NCBI GenBank assembly: GCA_049971805.1
Contig: JBMFKU010000018.1
Location: forward strand, 1 to 28,390
DNA from: Caldisphaera sp.
GTDB taxonomy: Archaea > Thermoproteota > Thermoprotei_A > Sulfolobales > Acidilobaceae
DNA: 28,390 bases
Direction of reading: 5' to 3'
In this document: positions 1 to 10,248 of the stretch, piece by piece
How positions within the stretch are numbered: position 1 is the first letter of the stretch
How the letters are laid out: every line of letters starts with the position of its first letter
Position numbers and translations under genes: made by a program
Notes under the pieces: generated by a model
Database searches by the model: none
What the model was told of the DNA's origin: nothing
What the model saw: only the letters and a program-made list of their open reading frames with translations

Positions 1-552
1 ATAGCCGATCTGCTCATAGGCTTAGGAAAATTACTTGCAGAGCTTAATGGCGTAGATGATAAATCCCATATATGAAGAGATATTGTAGAAATAATTAAAT
101 ATAAAGAGATATTAAGGGAATCAGCTATTGCAGCGTCACAATTGGCAGAAATCGATGAAGATACAAAAATTTCTATTCCAAACAGGATATTCACAAATAT
201 AGGTAAGCTAGTAGCTAACGAAGGGTATTTAGACACAATAAAGCATTTGGTAGATGTTGCAGGTGGATTAGCAGCTACATTACCTTCATCTCAAGATTTT
301 AGCAATGAAGAAGAATCAAAATATTTGAAAAAATATTTAGTTGGCAAGAAAGGAACCGATCCAATAATAAGATCTAGATTGTTATCGTTAACAAGAGAAA
401 TACTTTCATCATTAGGGGCTCTGTTTACAACTGCAATGATTCATGCAGAGGGATCTATTGAGGCAAGCGTTATTGAGCTTTATAGGTCTTATAATTATGA
501 TGATAGTAAAAAACTAGCATATTATGCATCTGGAATAAATGATAAACTTTAG
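1..552 (+). pseudogene. C-terminal part of a 4-hydroxybutyryl-CoA dehydratase / 4-hydroxyphenylacetate 3-hydroxylase (HpaB) family flavoprotein; truncated by the window start, with an in-frame TGA at 73-75
   Basis: Frame 1 reads IADLLIGLGKLLAELNGVDDKSHI*RDIVEIIKYKE and runs straight into the 142..552 ORF (IPNRIFTNIGK, LVDVAGGLAATLPS, YLKKYL, MIHAEGSIEA). These motifs are typical of the family's C-terminal domain. Confidence 0.8.
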
Positions 553-585
553 GTGGTTAAATAAATAATAATGATATTTTTTCTT

Positions 586-795
586 TTGATCTCAGAGATA
601 TAAGCTAGGTTTTTATGGCTGAGTCTGAACTCCTTATATCTTCTTTCTTTTTCTTAATTTAGCAATGGCGTAGAGGCTTACCTCATATTGGTGAAGCATA
701 ATCCATTTATTGACTAGCATTAATCTATTTTATCTTAAACAAATGCTAAAAACTTTATCCTGTATCAAAAGACAGGGTTTGTTCTTACTTTATCA
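586..795 (-). mobile_element. Degenerate non-autonomous IS200/IS605 derivative, family B (TGAT-preceded)
   Basis: Minus strand reads TGAT|AAAGTAAGAACAAACCCTGTCTTTTGATACAGGATAAAGTTTTTAGCATTTGTTTAAG...CTTCACCAATATGAGGTAAGCCTCTACGCCATTGCTAAATTAAGAAAAAG. It aligns by eye with the copies at 4190-4475 and 28225-28390. The right end is degraded. Confidence 0.7.
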
Positions 796-904
796 TATCC
801 TTTTATATTCAAAGATATTAATACCAAAAACTAACTAATAAATTATTTATAAATAAGCTTATAAAAATTATACTTGATAATTTTTCTATGCCTTCGAAAT
901 TATT

Positions 905-969
905 TCTTAAAAGAGTGTAACTTTCAAGACTCCCGGGAACAATCGTCATTTATGGCAATAAGGAGTTAG
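905..969 (+). mobile_element. Degenerate right end of a tnpB element
   Basis: AAAAGAGTGTAACTTTCAAGACTCCCGGGAACAATCGTCATTTATGGCAATAAGGAGTTAG resembles the right end of the family B copy at 4190 (AAAGGAGAGTAAACCTAAAGATCTCGAGAACCCTCGCTCATCAATGCGGGAGAGAGATCAG). Confidence 0.45.
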
Positions 970-1375
970 ATAAATTAGCAGAAAAAGACCTCATTTAAAT
1001 ACTTAGCTATAATTATTAACCTAGGATTATTATTTTATTTCATAGGCTTTAATATACCTTGTTTAATTATTATGAAAAAATATTATGCAAAGCTTTAAAC
1101 TATCTTTATTTTAAGGACTGTCTTTTCTATCATAAATTATTATGGCCAAGAGTATTGGTAATATTATTTATGAAATCTCTATTATTATGATCAATATAAT
1201 CTGTTGCTTGGCTAAAGCCTAAATCGAAACTGCCATAGCAACTTCATATAAGCCATAAGGCTAGCATACATCAATCTTGGGATATCGGTAAAAATAGCAT
1301 TATGTTAACTGCATTAAATAAATATAAGATTAAATATAAAACAATACCTATAGCTATGAAGTCCTTCCTTGTTAA

Positions 1376-1807
1376 TGATAAAATAAACGGCAAACCTCTT
1401 CTTTTAAATTGGTAATGCTTTTAATGTTTGTTTTAAGTAAAACATGGGGATTATATGCTTCTCTCAGATCAACTTGCTGTAGATAAGGAGCAGGAGCTGA
1501 TTATTATTACTCCTGCAATGCCTGAAGGAATTTATGAAGTTAATTATGAAAAAATAAGGATAAATGTTGTTCTTCTCCTTAAAAAAGGATGTTGAGGACC
1601 TTATCAAACATTTCATCAAATTTAACGAGAATGAAAGAAGGTAACAGTTCTTTAAGGAAGGTAAAGTAGGTTTTAAAAATACTTACAAGAAATACTATGA
1701 AAAATACAAGGATTTACTTAAAGTTAATGCTCAAACAATAATTCAGAAAAACAATGAGGCTTGGAATTCTTTCTTTTCATTTTTAAAGATGAAGAAGTGA
1801 AATTACC
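1376..1807 (+). pseudogene. tnpB: IS200/IS605 left end plus the 5' part of a tnpB pseudogene
   Basis: Left end is TGAT|AAAATAAACGGCAAACC, nearly the same as at 28225. The ATG at 1455 gives MLLSDQLAVDKEQELIIITPAMPEGIYEVNYEKIRINVVLLL. After a frameshift and stop it continues ERR*QFFKEGKVGFKNTYKKYYEKYKDLLKVNAQTIIQKNNEAWNSFFSFLKMKK, a recognisable crenarchaeal TnpB N-terminus. The RuvC part is absent. Confidence 0.85.
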
Positions 1808-1844
1808 AAAATATATGATATTTGAAATATTATAAATTACGCCT

Positions 1845-2036
1845 TCAAAAGGTTAAATTATTCTTAGATACATCTATCCCGTAAATGTAGTCTCCAACGA
1901 ATTTCACCCTTATTATTCGAGCTCTTAGCTCAACTTCCTGCACGAAATTGGAGATGGCCAAGCCCCCACGAGCATTTGGCTCAATGAGGTCAAAGTCTAC
2001 ACTCCAGGCAGATCTATTATTTATAGATCTGACCAA
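1845..2036 (-). CDS. Short hypothetical ORF or gene fragment downstream of pckG
   Basis: ATG lies 25 bp after the pckG stop on the same strand, and the composition looks coding-like. No family recognised. Confidence 0.25.
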   Translation of the reverse strand: MVRSINNRSAWSVDFDLIEPNARGGLAISNFVQEVELRARIIRVKFVGDYIYGIDVSKNNLTF

Positions 2037-2061
2037 TATAATATCTTATATAAGATGTCGG

Positions 2062-3963
2062 TCACAACCTGTCTAGTTTAAATGGAGAAATGTAGTTTCC
2101 AAACCTATCTCTATATAAGATGAGCCTATCTTTCTCCTCCTTAAGTATCTTGAAAAGCTGTTGCGGTGTATCTGATATTTTCTCATAGGTTGACCATATC
2201 CTTTCTATTTTGTCTAAATGTTCAGGTATCCTTATTGTAAATTGTTTTTCATATACCTCGGTTTTGTATTCCTTCCCAATCTCTTTATTAAAAAGTTTCT
2301 CAAGATCTTGGTAGAGAGGTATTCTACCCGTTGGAGACTTTAGGAATCCAATTTCATCATAGACTCTTAACTCCATCCATTTTAGCCAAACCTTCTTGTC
2401 TGTTTTTTCACTTAAAAAATTTCCATCACTTCCTTTTAAGAAATAATTCACCCCAAATATTTTTGGCTTTCTCTTTAATTTTTTACCAAAATCAAAGTGA
2501 AGCTGAGTAAACTTTCCCACAGAGATTGAGAGGAACTCTAGTATCGCATATGGATTAAACTCCCTTACACCCGACTTTCCCAAAACTGCGGCAGTCATTT
2601 CAGACTCTAAGGCAGCACCTTTGGTAACAACTCCATGATCCCAGTCAAAAGATTCCTCTACAGGAACCTGTGTATCTGAATCTCTACCCCCAAATATCAT
2701 TCCTCCAATTGGTACCCCTTCGGGATCGTTAACCCTAGGGTCTAGATGATCGAGGTAGCTTAGCCTTGTTGTGAATCTTGCATTTGGGTGTGATGGTTTA
2801 ATTTCATTTCCTTCCTCGTCCTTTTTTCCTGGAAACCATCTCCCAGCATAGTTAATACCATTTTTAGGCTCTTTAGGTTTTCCGTACCACCAAACTGTTC
2901 CATCATCTTCAAGAAGAACATTAGAAAATATTATATCATATATGGGAGATACCAATATTTTATAAATTTTTGGGTCATCAATTGGATTAATGCCATCTAT
3001 TATGCCGAACATACCTATCTCTGGATTAATAGCTCTTGGAACACCTTTCACTTCTCTAATAAGTGCTAAATCATCTCCAATTATAGTATCTGCCATTAAT
3101 GCTGTTGATGTCTTCCCACAGCCTGCAGGAAATGCACCGGTGAAGTAAGTTATCCTCTCTCCTGTTCCTTTAACGCCAACTATGAACATGTGTTCAGAGA
3201 GCCAGCCCTCAATAAGCCCTCTGTTAATTGTGAGTCTAAACGCCAATTTTTTAAGTCCTATTGTATTCCCACCATATTGAGAATTTGTTGTATATGCAGT
3301 CTCATCTTTTAGGTCTATGTAGATCCTCTTTTTCTCTATGTTCTTTGCCCATCCAAGCTCGTTTCTCTCGCCTGTAGAGTGTAAAAACCTAAAATAATTT
3401 GTGTCTGGAGGCATATTAATGAATTCTTCATAGCATGACCGGTAAAGTATTAGTTCGTTATGCATAACGTAGGAAGAATCTGTGACTTGAACTGCTAATG
3501 GAGCATAGGGAGAGCCCTTAGGACCGAGGCAGAAGAAACCAACATACATCTCCTTTCCTTTCATTATTCCTTTCATTATATTTCTTATCTCCATTAGACC
3601 TTTGTTCCTTTCCATAGTATTTATTAATGGTATCTTATTATCTTGTTCTATTAATATCTTTGTATTATGTCTGTCTCTAGCTAAATCCTTTGGTCCGTCG
3701 AAATGGACTGTATGTTTTTCATACTTTGTTTTTAACTCTTCACCATTATTTAGAGCAACTTCCTTTATATAGCTAAAGTCTTCTTCATCGCCTTTGACTA
3801 TATATACAGAATTAGGTTCAGCCCAAATTACTATGTCAGATAACCATCTATGCAATTCCTGATCGTTTATCTTTAATAATCTTTCCATGTGCCTTTTATC
3901 TAGCTTTTTCCTGAGAACTTCCATGTAGTCATAATCGCTTTTTAATAAATGTTCGCGCTCCAT
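2062..3963 (-). CDS. pckG: Phosphoenolpyruvate carboxykinase (GTP)
   Basis: Motifs YGGNTIGLKKLAFR, WLSEHM, GAFPAGCGKTS, IGDDLA, NPEIGMFG, HPNARF and FGGRDS. The ATG at 3963 (MEREHLL) is preferred over the ORF-track start at 4050, whose extension is not PEPCK-like. Confidence 0.96.
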   Translation of the reverse strand: MEREHLLKSDYDYMEVLRKKLDKRHMERLLKINDQELHRWLSDIVIWAEPNSVYIVKGDEEDFSYIKEVALNNGEELKTKYEKHTVHFDGPKDLARDRHNTKILIEQDNKIPLINTMERNKGLMEIRNIMKGIMKGKEMYVGFFCLGPKGSPYAPLAVQVTDSSYVMHNELILYRSCYEEFINMPPDTNYFRFLHSTGERNELGWAKNIEKKRIYIDLKDETAYTTNSQYGGNTIGLKKLAFRLTINRGLIEGWLSEHMFIVGVKGTGERITYFTGAFPAGCGKTSTALMADTIIGDDLALIREVKGVPRAINPEIGMFGIIDGINPIDDPKIYKILVSPIYDIIFSNVLLEDDGTVWWYGKPKEPKNGINYAGRWFPGKKDEEGNEIKPSHPNARFTTRLSYLDHLDPRVNDPEGVPIGGMIFGGRDSDTQVPVEESFDWDHGVVTKGAALESEMTAAVLGKSGVREFNPYAILEFLSISVGKFTQLHFDFGKKLKRKPKIFGVNYFLKGSDGNFLSEKTDKKVWLKWMELRVYDEIGFLKSPTGRIPLYQDLEKLFNKEIGKEYKTEVYEKQFTIRIPEHLDKIERIWSTYEKISDTPQQLFKILKEEKDRLILYRDRFGNYISPFKLDRL

Positions 3964-4189
3964 ATTCTCACTAGAGCAACAGATATTGCTCAAACTTAAA
4001 ATACTTTGCACTATGGTTACAATAATGTATGATAAAGAGATAGAAACCATAGTTAAGGCAAATAAAGTTGATAAAGGTCGATTAACCTATAGACTTGGAG
4101 GTTAATATGTGTAGCTTTGAGCATTTTTGGGTATTACCTTAGTTGGGCCAATACATGTGAGTGGTGAGCTAGAGGGAGTATCTCAAATA

Positions 4190-4475
4190 CTGATCTCTCT
4201 CCCGCATTGATGAGCGAGGGTTCTCGAGATCTTTAGGTTTACTCTCCTTTATGTTGCTCTAATTCCTCCCTATGTGGAAGTAAAGTTACAACTTCTCGCT
4301 CTTATTTAACCTAAGAGAGAAATCTCACCCTCCTTTTTCTTTAATTTGGTAACGAGTAAGGCTTACCTTATATAGTGAAGAATACTGTTGATGGCATTGC
4401 TTATCTAATTATTTTTAAAACAAACATTAAACTTTACCCCGCATTAAAAGAATAGGTTTGCCATTTAATTTACCA
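4190..4475 (-). mobile_element. Complete-ended non-autonomous IS200/IS605 mini-element, family B (~280 bp)
   Basis: Left end is TGGT|AAATTAAATGGCAAACC...GCGGGGTAAAGTTTAATGTTTG. Right end is AACCCTCGCTCATCAATGCGGGAGAGAGATCAG, ending in TCAG at 4190. The internal part is colinear with 28229-28390. No ORF. Confidence 0.8.
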
Positions 4476-4689
4476 TATCAAACTTAATAAATGTCAAAAG
4501 AACTGAAGTCACATTATCTATATTTTTTCTATCCATTCTCTATTTGCTATTCTGTCTCGAGGTATTATAGGGTCTATATTGTTTGATTTCAGCATTAAAA
4601 TCATATTCTCATTCAATTTAAGTTGATAACATAACTTTATTCATATTTACCACAATAAAATTAAATAATTTATATTTAATTAAATTTTT

Positions 4690-5682
4690 CTATAGATTTT
4701 CTTTAAATAAACCCCTTTCAGAGACTATTTCCATAATTTTGTTTATATCCAATAATTTTGGACCGTTAGAATTAACATATACTTCTACATTATCATTTTC
4801 ATCAACAGATATTGACCTTTCACCATCAATTTCTATAAAGTATGATTTTTCCATTTTCACTTTATTTCCAACATCAATTATCTTATAATTATCTATATAA
4901 ACATCTTTTATAACTCCTGGAGATTCTATTGATTTTAATTTATAGTTTTTACCATTAAAATTAATATAAACAAATTTCTTAGTATCACAATCCAATTGCT
5001 TTATTAGTCCTCCAATCGATGCAACCCCTATAGATGTTGGTTTTCCAAATATAATGACAGAATCAATTATCATAGATAAATCTATTATTCCTGTTCCCTT
5101 AAATTTATACTTAGTTGTAGAAACTTCAACTAACCCTATATTTGTAAATTCATTATTTATATAAACATCAATTTTATTCAAATTACATAACCCTTCATTT
5201 AACCTATAATTTACAAAATAGCCCGAAGCCAGTCCAGCAACTGTTCCTTCAACCAAATATGGAATTGTGTTATTAGTTCCTGTGGATATGGGCAAAAAAG
5301 GTATATCTATAGATTGTTCAGCAGCTGCTCGTAAGGTTCCATCTCCTCCAAGCAATATTATCAATGATACATTATCTTTTTTAAAATGTTCAACTGCCTT
5401 CTTTGTATCATTTAAATTTCCTTCAGGATCTATATCTATCATTAAAATATCTGCTCCATTTCCTTTAATGTCATTTACTAAATTACTGGCTATACCTAGA
5501 TAGTCTGGCATAATTTCTATTTGTGTTATACCTGATCCTATTAAGCCCATAACGATGCTTTTTAATATCCTTAGCTTTTGTATATTATCCATAAATTGGG
5601 CATTAGATGTTAACCTTCTGGCATCTGTACCCGAATTTGGATTTACTATTATGCCAACAGCTTTTGACATTATAATATTCAC
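4690..5682 (-). CDS. acoX: AcoX-like ATP-NAD kinase family protein (acetoin catabolism protein X)
   Basis: Motifs GIIVNPNSG, GGDGT, STGTNN and IDGER. It is translationally coupled to the lipoyl-domain gene next to the E1 gene. Confidence 0.85.
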   Translation of the reverse strand: MNIIMSKAVGIIVNPNSGTDARRLTSNAQFMDNIQKLRILKSIVMGLIGSGITQIEIMPDYLGIASNLVNDIKGNGADILMIDIDPEGNLNDTKKAVEHFKKDNVSLIILLGGDGTLRAAAEQSIDIPFLPISTGTNNTIPYLVEGTVAGLASGYFVNYRLNEGLCNLNKIDVYINNEFTNIGLVEVSTTKYKFKGTGIIDLSMIIDSVIIFGKPTSIGVASIGGLIKQLDCDTKKFVYINFNGKNYKLKSIESPGVIKDVYIDNYKIIDVGNKVKMEKSYFIEIDGERSISVDENDNVEVYVNSNGPKLLDINKIMEIVSERGLFKENL

Positions 5683-5912
5683 TCAATTTCTGCTAATGGA
5701 TCTCCTGGTTTAACTTTTGCTCCTTTATTTGCAATTATCTTCGTTAGCTTTCCGCTAAAGTTTGACTTTACTTCAACCCTTACTTTAGAAACCATGATTA
5801 AACATAGTATATCTCCTTCTTTTACGTTTTCTCCTTGCTTTTTATACCAATCTGCAACAATACCATAACCAAACTTATTAAAATCCCATGAGTTTGGAAC
5901 CTGAATAATCAT
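5679..5912 (-). CDS. Stand-alone lipoyl/biotinyl attachment domain protein
   Basis: 77 aa. WYKKQGENVKEGDILCLIMVSKVRVEVKSNFSGKLTKI...VKPGDPLAEI is a lipoyl-domain pattern, with the acceptor Lys in MVSKV. Confidence 0.9.
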   Translation of the reverse strand: MIIQVPNSWDFNKFGYGIVADWYKKQGENVKEGDILCLIMVSKVRVEVKSNFSGKLTKIIANKGAKVKPGDPLAEIE

Positions 5913-6144
5913 TTTTCATCCACCTCTACACTTAAAAATAACAATTTTTGAGTTCTTAAAGATTATAGCATAAGAATAATATATAAAAAAAGAATTTTAT
6001 TTTAATTAATTATTGGCGTTTTCTCTTCTTTTCTTATAAGAAATATTGTTTATAGAATATATTAGCAATAATTATTAATAAAGATAAGATTATTTCATTA
6101 ATTTAGAAAATAAAAATCCCAATAGAATGATTTTAAAATCTCAA

Positions 6145-8168
6145 TTATTTGTTTAACATTTTGTGTACTGTTTCAATAATTTTCTTTGTTGATGGTTGTA
6201 CAAATTGCTCTAAAGGTCTGCTATAAGGTATTGGCACATCAGGGACAGCAACCCTCTTATAAGATTTTACATACATTAAAGATTCTTCTGCTACTGATAC
6301 TAATACTTCGCCTGTTAGACCAAAGCTCATGTAATCCTCGTCTACTATCAACAAGTTATTTGTATCTTTTACACTATCTATTATTGTTTTCTTATCAAGA
6401 GGCTTTATTGTTCTAAGATCTATTACTTCAGCTTCTATCCCCTCTTTAGATAACGTATTTGCTGCTTCTAATGCTCTGTGCACAGTCAAAGCAGCAGTTA
6501 CAATTGTTACATCCTTGCCTTTTCTTATTATCTTGGCCTTTCCTATTGGAACTTGATATTCTTCCTTTGGGACCTCAACTATAGAGGTTTCAGGATACGG
6601 CATCCAAGGAAGTCCCATAAGGCCTTTGTGGAACATATATACTACTGGATTGTCATCTCTTATTGAACTTATCATAAGTCCTTTTGCATCAAAGGAGTTC
6701 GAAGGAACTACTACCTTAAATCCAGGAACATGAGCAAATAATGAATATAATACTTGAGAATGTTGAGCTGCATCATTATATCCTCCGCCAATCGCTGTTT
6801 GAAGCACTAAAGGCACATTTACATTGCCTCCACTCATATAATGATTTTTTGCTATGTGATTAAACATTTGATCAAAAGCAACACCTAAGAAATCGACAAA
6901 CATAAGCTCTACTATTGGCCTTAATCCATTCATGGCTGCTCCTAGAGCTCCTCCAATGAAAGCTGATTCAGATATAGGTGTATCAATAATTCTTTCGGGC
7001 CCAAACTTATCGTATAATCCATAGGTTGCACCAAAAATTCCTCCATATACTCCAACGTCTTCTCCCATTACTATTACTCTTTTATCTCTTTCCATCTCTT
7101 GAGATATTGCTTCTGATATAGCTAAATACATTGGCAATCTCCTATTTCCTTTCAATTCTGGCTCTTTTATGTCTGGCATAGGAGCATAAACATCTTCCAA
7201 AGCTTCTTCTGGTTTAGGATAGGGGCTGTCTATAGCAAACTTTATAGCTTCATCGACTTCTTTTTGAGCTTCATTTTTAATAGTGCCATCAAGGTCCTCA
7301 TCAAGCCACTTTCTTTTCATTAATTCATCTCTCATTCTAATTATTGGATCTTTTTGTTTTAATTTTTCTACTTCATCTTTAGGCCTATAAACTTCAGGAT
7401 CACCTTCAAAATGTCCATAAAGCCTATAGGTTTCTATCTCAATTAACGTTGGCCCTTTACCGGATCTGGCTCTATCTACTGCTTCTTTCGATGCTTCAAA
7501 CATTGCAAAAACGTCATTATCTGGTATAAAAACTCCTGGAATCCCATAGGAAGATGCTCTATCAGCATTTCTTGTTATAGCCGTAGATTTGCTTTTTGGA
7601 ACACTTATAGCATACTTATTATCTTCTATAACAAAAATCACAGGTAGTTTCCATAAAGCAGCTAAGTTTAAAGATTCATGAAAAGTACCTTGATTTGCTG
7701 CACCATCTCCACCATATGCAACCGCTACATTATCTTTATTTAGATATTTAAATGCTAAACCTGCTCCAACTGCTGGGGGAAATGATGCCCCAACAATGCC
7801 GCTGCATCCAAAGTTAACTTCTTTATCAAATAAATGCATGTGACCTCCTTTCCCTTTACCTAAGCCAGTTTCTTTTCCAAAAATTTCTGATGCCTTTTTT
7901 TAAGATCTACCCCTTTAGCGATAGCAATATGATGAGGTCTATGAGTTGCGGCAACAAAATCATCCTTTTTTAAATGTACTGATAAACCTACTGCCGCAGG
8001 TTCTTGACCTGCAGCTAAATGCATTTCCCCTGGAATAGGACCTGCAGCGATATTAAATAGTGGCTGTTTTTCTTCATAATAATATTTTCTTATAGTGTCT
8101 TCAAAATACCTTATTTTAATCATATCCTTATACATTTTTAATGCAATATCTCTATTAAGCTCTACCAT
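6145..8168 (-). pseudogene. Fused E1 alpha-beta subunit of an acetoin/2-oxoacid dehydrogenase, split by a 1-nt frameshift at the A7 run (7895-7901)
   Basis: The 7860..8168 ORF has the alpha N-terminus (GEMHLAAGQE, THRPH). The shifted frame continues ASEIFGKETGLGKGKGGHMHLFD into the 6145..7839 ORF. That ORF has the TPP motif GDGAANQG...EDN and the beta motifs GEDVG, DTPISE and AAQHSQ. One extra nucleotide restores a 674-aa protein. Confidence 0.9.
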
Positions 8169-8322
8169 ATTCTCACTCTATTGAATGTATACAAATCAAT
8201 ATTAATAAATGTTTCCTAAAGATTATTAATTACTTCTTTTTTATAGCATTTAAAGGAAAATTCAAAAAAATTAATGATATTATTATATGGTAATTTTTTA
8301 TAATTTTAAAATAGGTGGAAAC

Positions 8323-8734
8323 ATGAGTGAACGAAATCCATTACCTCCTATAAAAATAAATAACAACAGTAAAGAAGTTATTATAGTATACGTAATGAAT
8401 AATAAATTTAGCATGAAAATAGGAGAAGAAATGAGAGTGATATTAGGTTTCCAACACCTCTTGAGACTTTTATATCAAGTCTGGCATCATGTGAAACAAT
8501 AACATTTAAGGCTATATCAAAAATATGCTTAATATAATACTTGAAATTTCATGTGAAATTAAAGGAAGCTTCGAATGGAGGACGAGACTTAAATATATTA
8601 ACATAATGATGAAGATCAAAGGTTTAAAGGCAAAGATGCAAACATTATTTTTGAAATGATAAAAAACATGCCCGGTTTATGTAGCAGCAAAGAAGTCATG
8701 TGCAGAAATAAAAGAGAGCTTAGGGGTTGAGTGA
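8323..8734 (+). pseudogene. OsmC/Ohr-family peroxiredoxin pseudogene
   Basis: RBS AGGTGG precedes the ATG at 8323. Joining frames gives MSERNPLPPIK...FPTPLETFISSLASCETITFK...ISCEIKGSF...KTCPVYVAAKKSCAEIKESLGVE*. Both OsmC cysteine motifs (P.P.E...LASC and CPV) are present, with several frameshifts. Confidence 0.7.
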
Positions 8735-8739
8735 TAATT

Positions 8740-8925
8740 ATGGAAACAAAAAGCTGTTTGCCAATAAAGGAAGTTATAGAGTTAGATCCTGTGAGACAAA
8801 CAATTGCAATAAGAATGACAAACAGTTTACAAAACTCTGCTCAATTTAAGCTTAATGAGAGAAGCAAAAGCGATAAGAGTAGAATTTCTTGTTTAATTTT
8901 AATCAAATTGCTCTCCCCTTTTTAA
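8740..8925 (+). pseudogene. 5' fragment of a stand-alone dihydrolipoamide acyltransferase (E2) catalytic domain
   Basis: IKEVIELDPVRQTIAIRMTNSLQNSAQFKL matches the start of E2 catalytic domains (l..mRk.IA.RM..S....a). Similarity ends after about 40 aa. Confidence 0.6.
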
Positions 8926-9164
8926 AATACTGCTCTTAAACCTTTATACCTAGCGCTTTATTCTTTTCTTATCATAAAAGCAATCTAAACATTATCAACA
9001 AAATAAATGCATGTTAAAGGTACTTAATAATGAACTACAAAAAAGAATAATTTCTCAAATTTCTCGTTAAGCTTAATTTATTTAAACTTAAACAAATTGA
9101 ATATTCATTTTATTACCATATGGCAAAAAATTATTATGGGCTCTTTAATAATTCTTTTTTAAAA

Positions 9165-9482
9165 TCAAGGGTAATACCCAGAATATCTTGCAGCATAGTC
9201 CCCCAATGCAGGTACTTTCATATCTACCCCATTATAGGCCTTATAAGCTATGTACATCCCATAAAGCCATATTAAAAAGAGAAGAATTGGCCCCAAGAAT
9301 GGTACAAAAAATAATATTAAATCTAAAATCGTACCTATTATGCCAAGAAAGATTGCTTGCAAGGAATGGAATTTAACCCTTTTGTCCTTCTGCCCTTCTG
9401 TTACGTAAATTATTATACCAGTTAACCATGTTAACAAATACGTTATAATATAGACTATATTACCTTTATCTTTTTGCGTCAT
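9165..9482 (-). CDS. Small membrane protein, DUF4870/COG4818 (Tic20-like)
   Basis: Motifs YLLTWLTGIII...KDKRVKFHSLQAI and MYIAYKAYNG...KVPALGDYA, with three hydrophobic segments. Confidence 0.85.
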   Translation of the reverse strand: MTQKDKGNIVYIITYLLTWLTGIIIYVTEGQKDKRVKFHSLQAIFLGIIGTILDLILFFVPFLGPILLFLIWLYGMYIAYKAYNGVDMKVPALGDYAARYSGYYP

Positions 9483-10199
9483 AGTAACACCTATTTGTTT
9501 CTATTTATAGATAGATTTTAGGTTTTTAAACTTTTCTATTATATAAATTTAACATTTTTCATTTTATAAATCTATAGTAAAAATGAAGGCTCTAATTTAT
9601 TCCCAAACCCTTAACTAAAAAAGATAAGAGGTATAAAGGGTCTTAAAAATAAATTATTTTCTAAAAATAATTCAGTATCTTTTTGTTTTATCGAACTTAA
9701 ATTCCTTATTAACTAGGGAGGTCCTTTTAAGCATTTCTTCCAGCTCTTGGGTGCTCAGTAGATAACGAGATACCTAGCTAAAAAAGGTAATTCGACCTTC
9801 ACTTTTTTTCCGTACAATTTCAATCAGCTCCCCTGTTTGATCATGCCAAAACCCATTGGATATATACATCATATAAGTTTATTAGACCGACATCTGAGTA
9901 ATAAACTACATTAATGAATTTTGTACTCGCGGAAGATTTTCCGCTTACCTCCTTGTTTGGAGAGATTGAACGGAGTTCTGACTGCAATTCCTTTAAAGAC
10001 TTGCCTAACTTGGCGTCCTTGGTAGAAAAGATTTTCCCTTAATAAGTACCGTTCTTTAAACCAGCATTACATTTGCAAAGAACTTTATCTTTCTTAAATC
10101 AAACCTGAAAGAAACAATATAATCTCCTGTAAGCAGTGAGTCGGTAACATATATCTATAATTTTTGTATCCCCAAAATATGAGTCTGTCGTTTGTAATT

Positions 10200-10248
10200 A
10201 TCAGCTTCCCTCACTTAGAAGGGGCAAGGCTTGTCATTCTTTTTGTCA
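10200..10248 (-). repeat. Minimal ~45-bp single-hairpin IS605-end remnant (REP/PATE-like)
   Basis: Minus strand reads TGAC|AAAAAGAATGACAAGCCTTGCCCCTTCTAAGTGAGGGAAGCTGAT. It shares CAAGCCTTGCCCCTTCTA with the left ends of both family A elements. Confidence 0.7.

Noticed and set aside
1030-1370. Possible decayed membrane-protein gene on the minus strand
   Set aside because: Multiple stops and no recognisable motif.
3964-4050. Hydrophobic N-terminal extension of PEPCK in the ORF track
   Set aside because: PEPCK is cytosolic. The ATG at 3963 gives a normal length, and the extension probably covers the promoter.
9700-10160. Somewhat GC-richer stretch with broken minus-strand frames
   Set aside because: Probably a decayed gene, but no family is recognisable and all frames contain stops.
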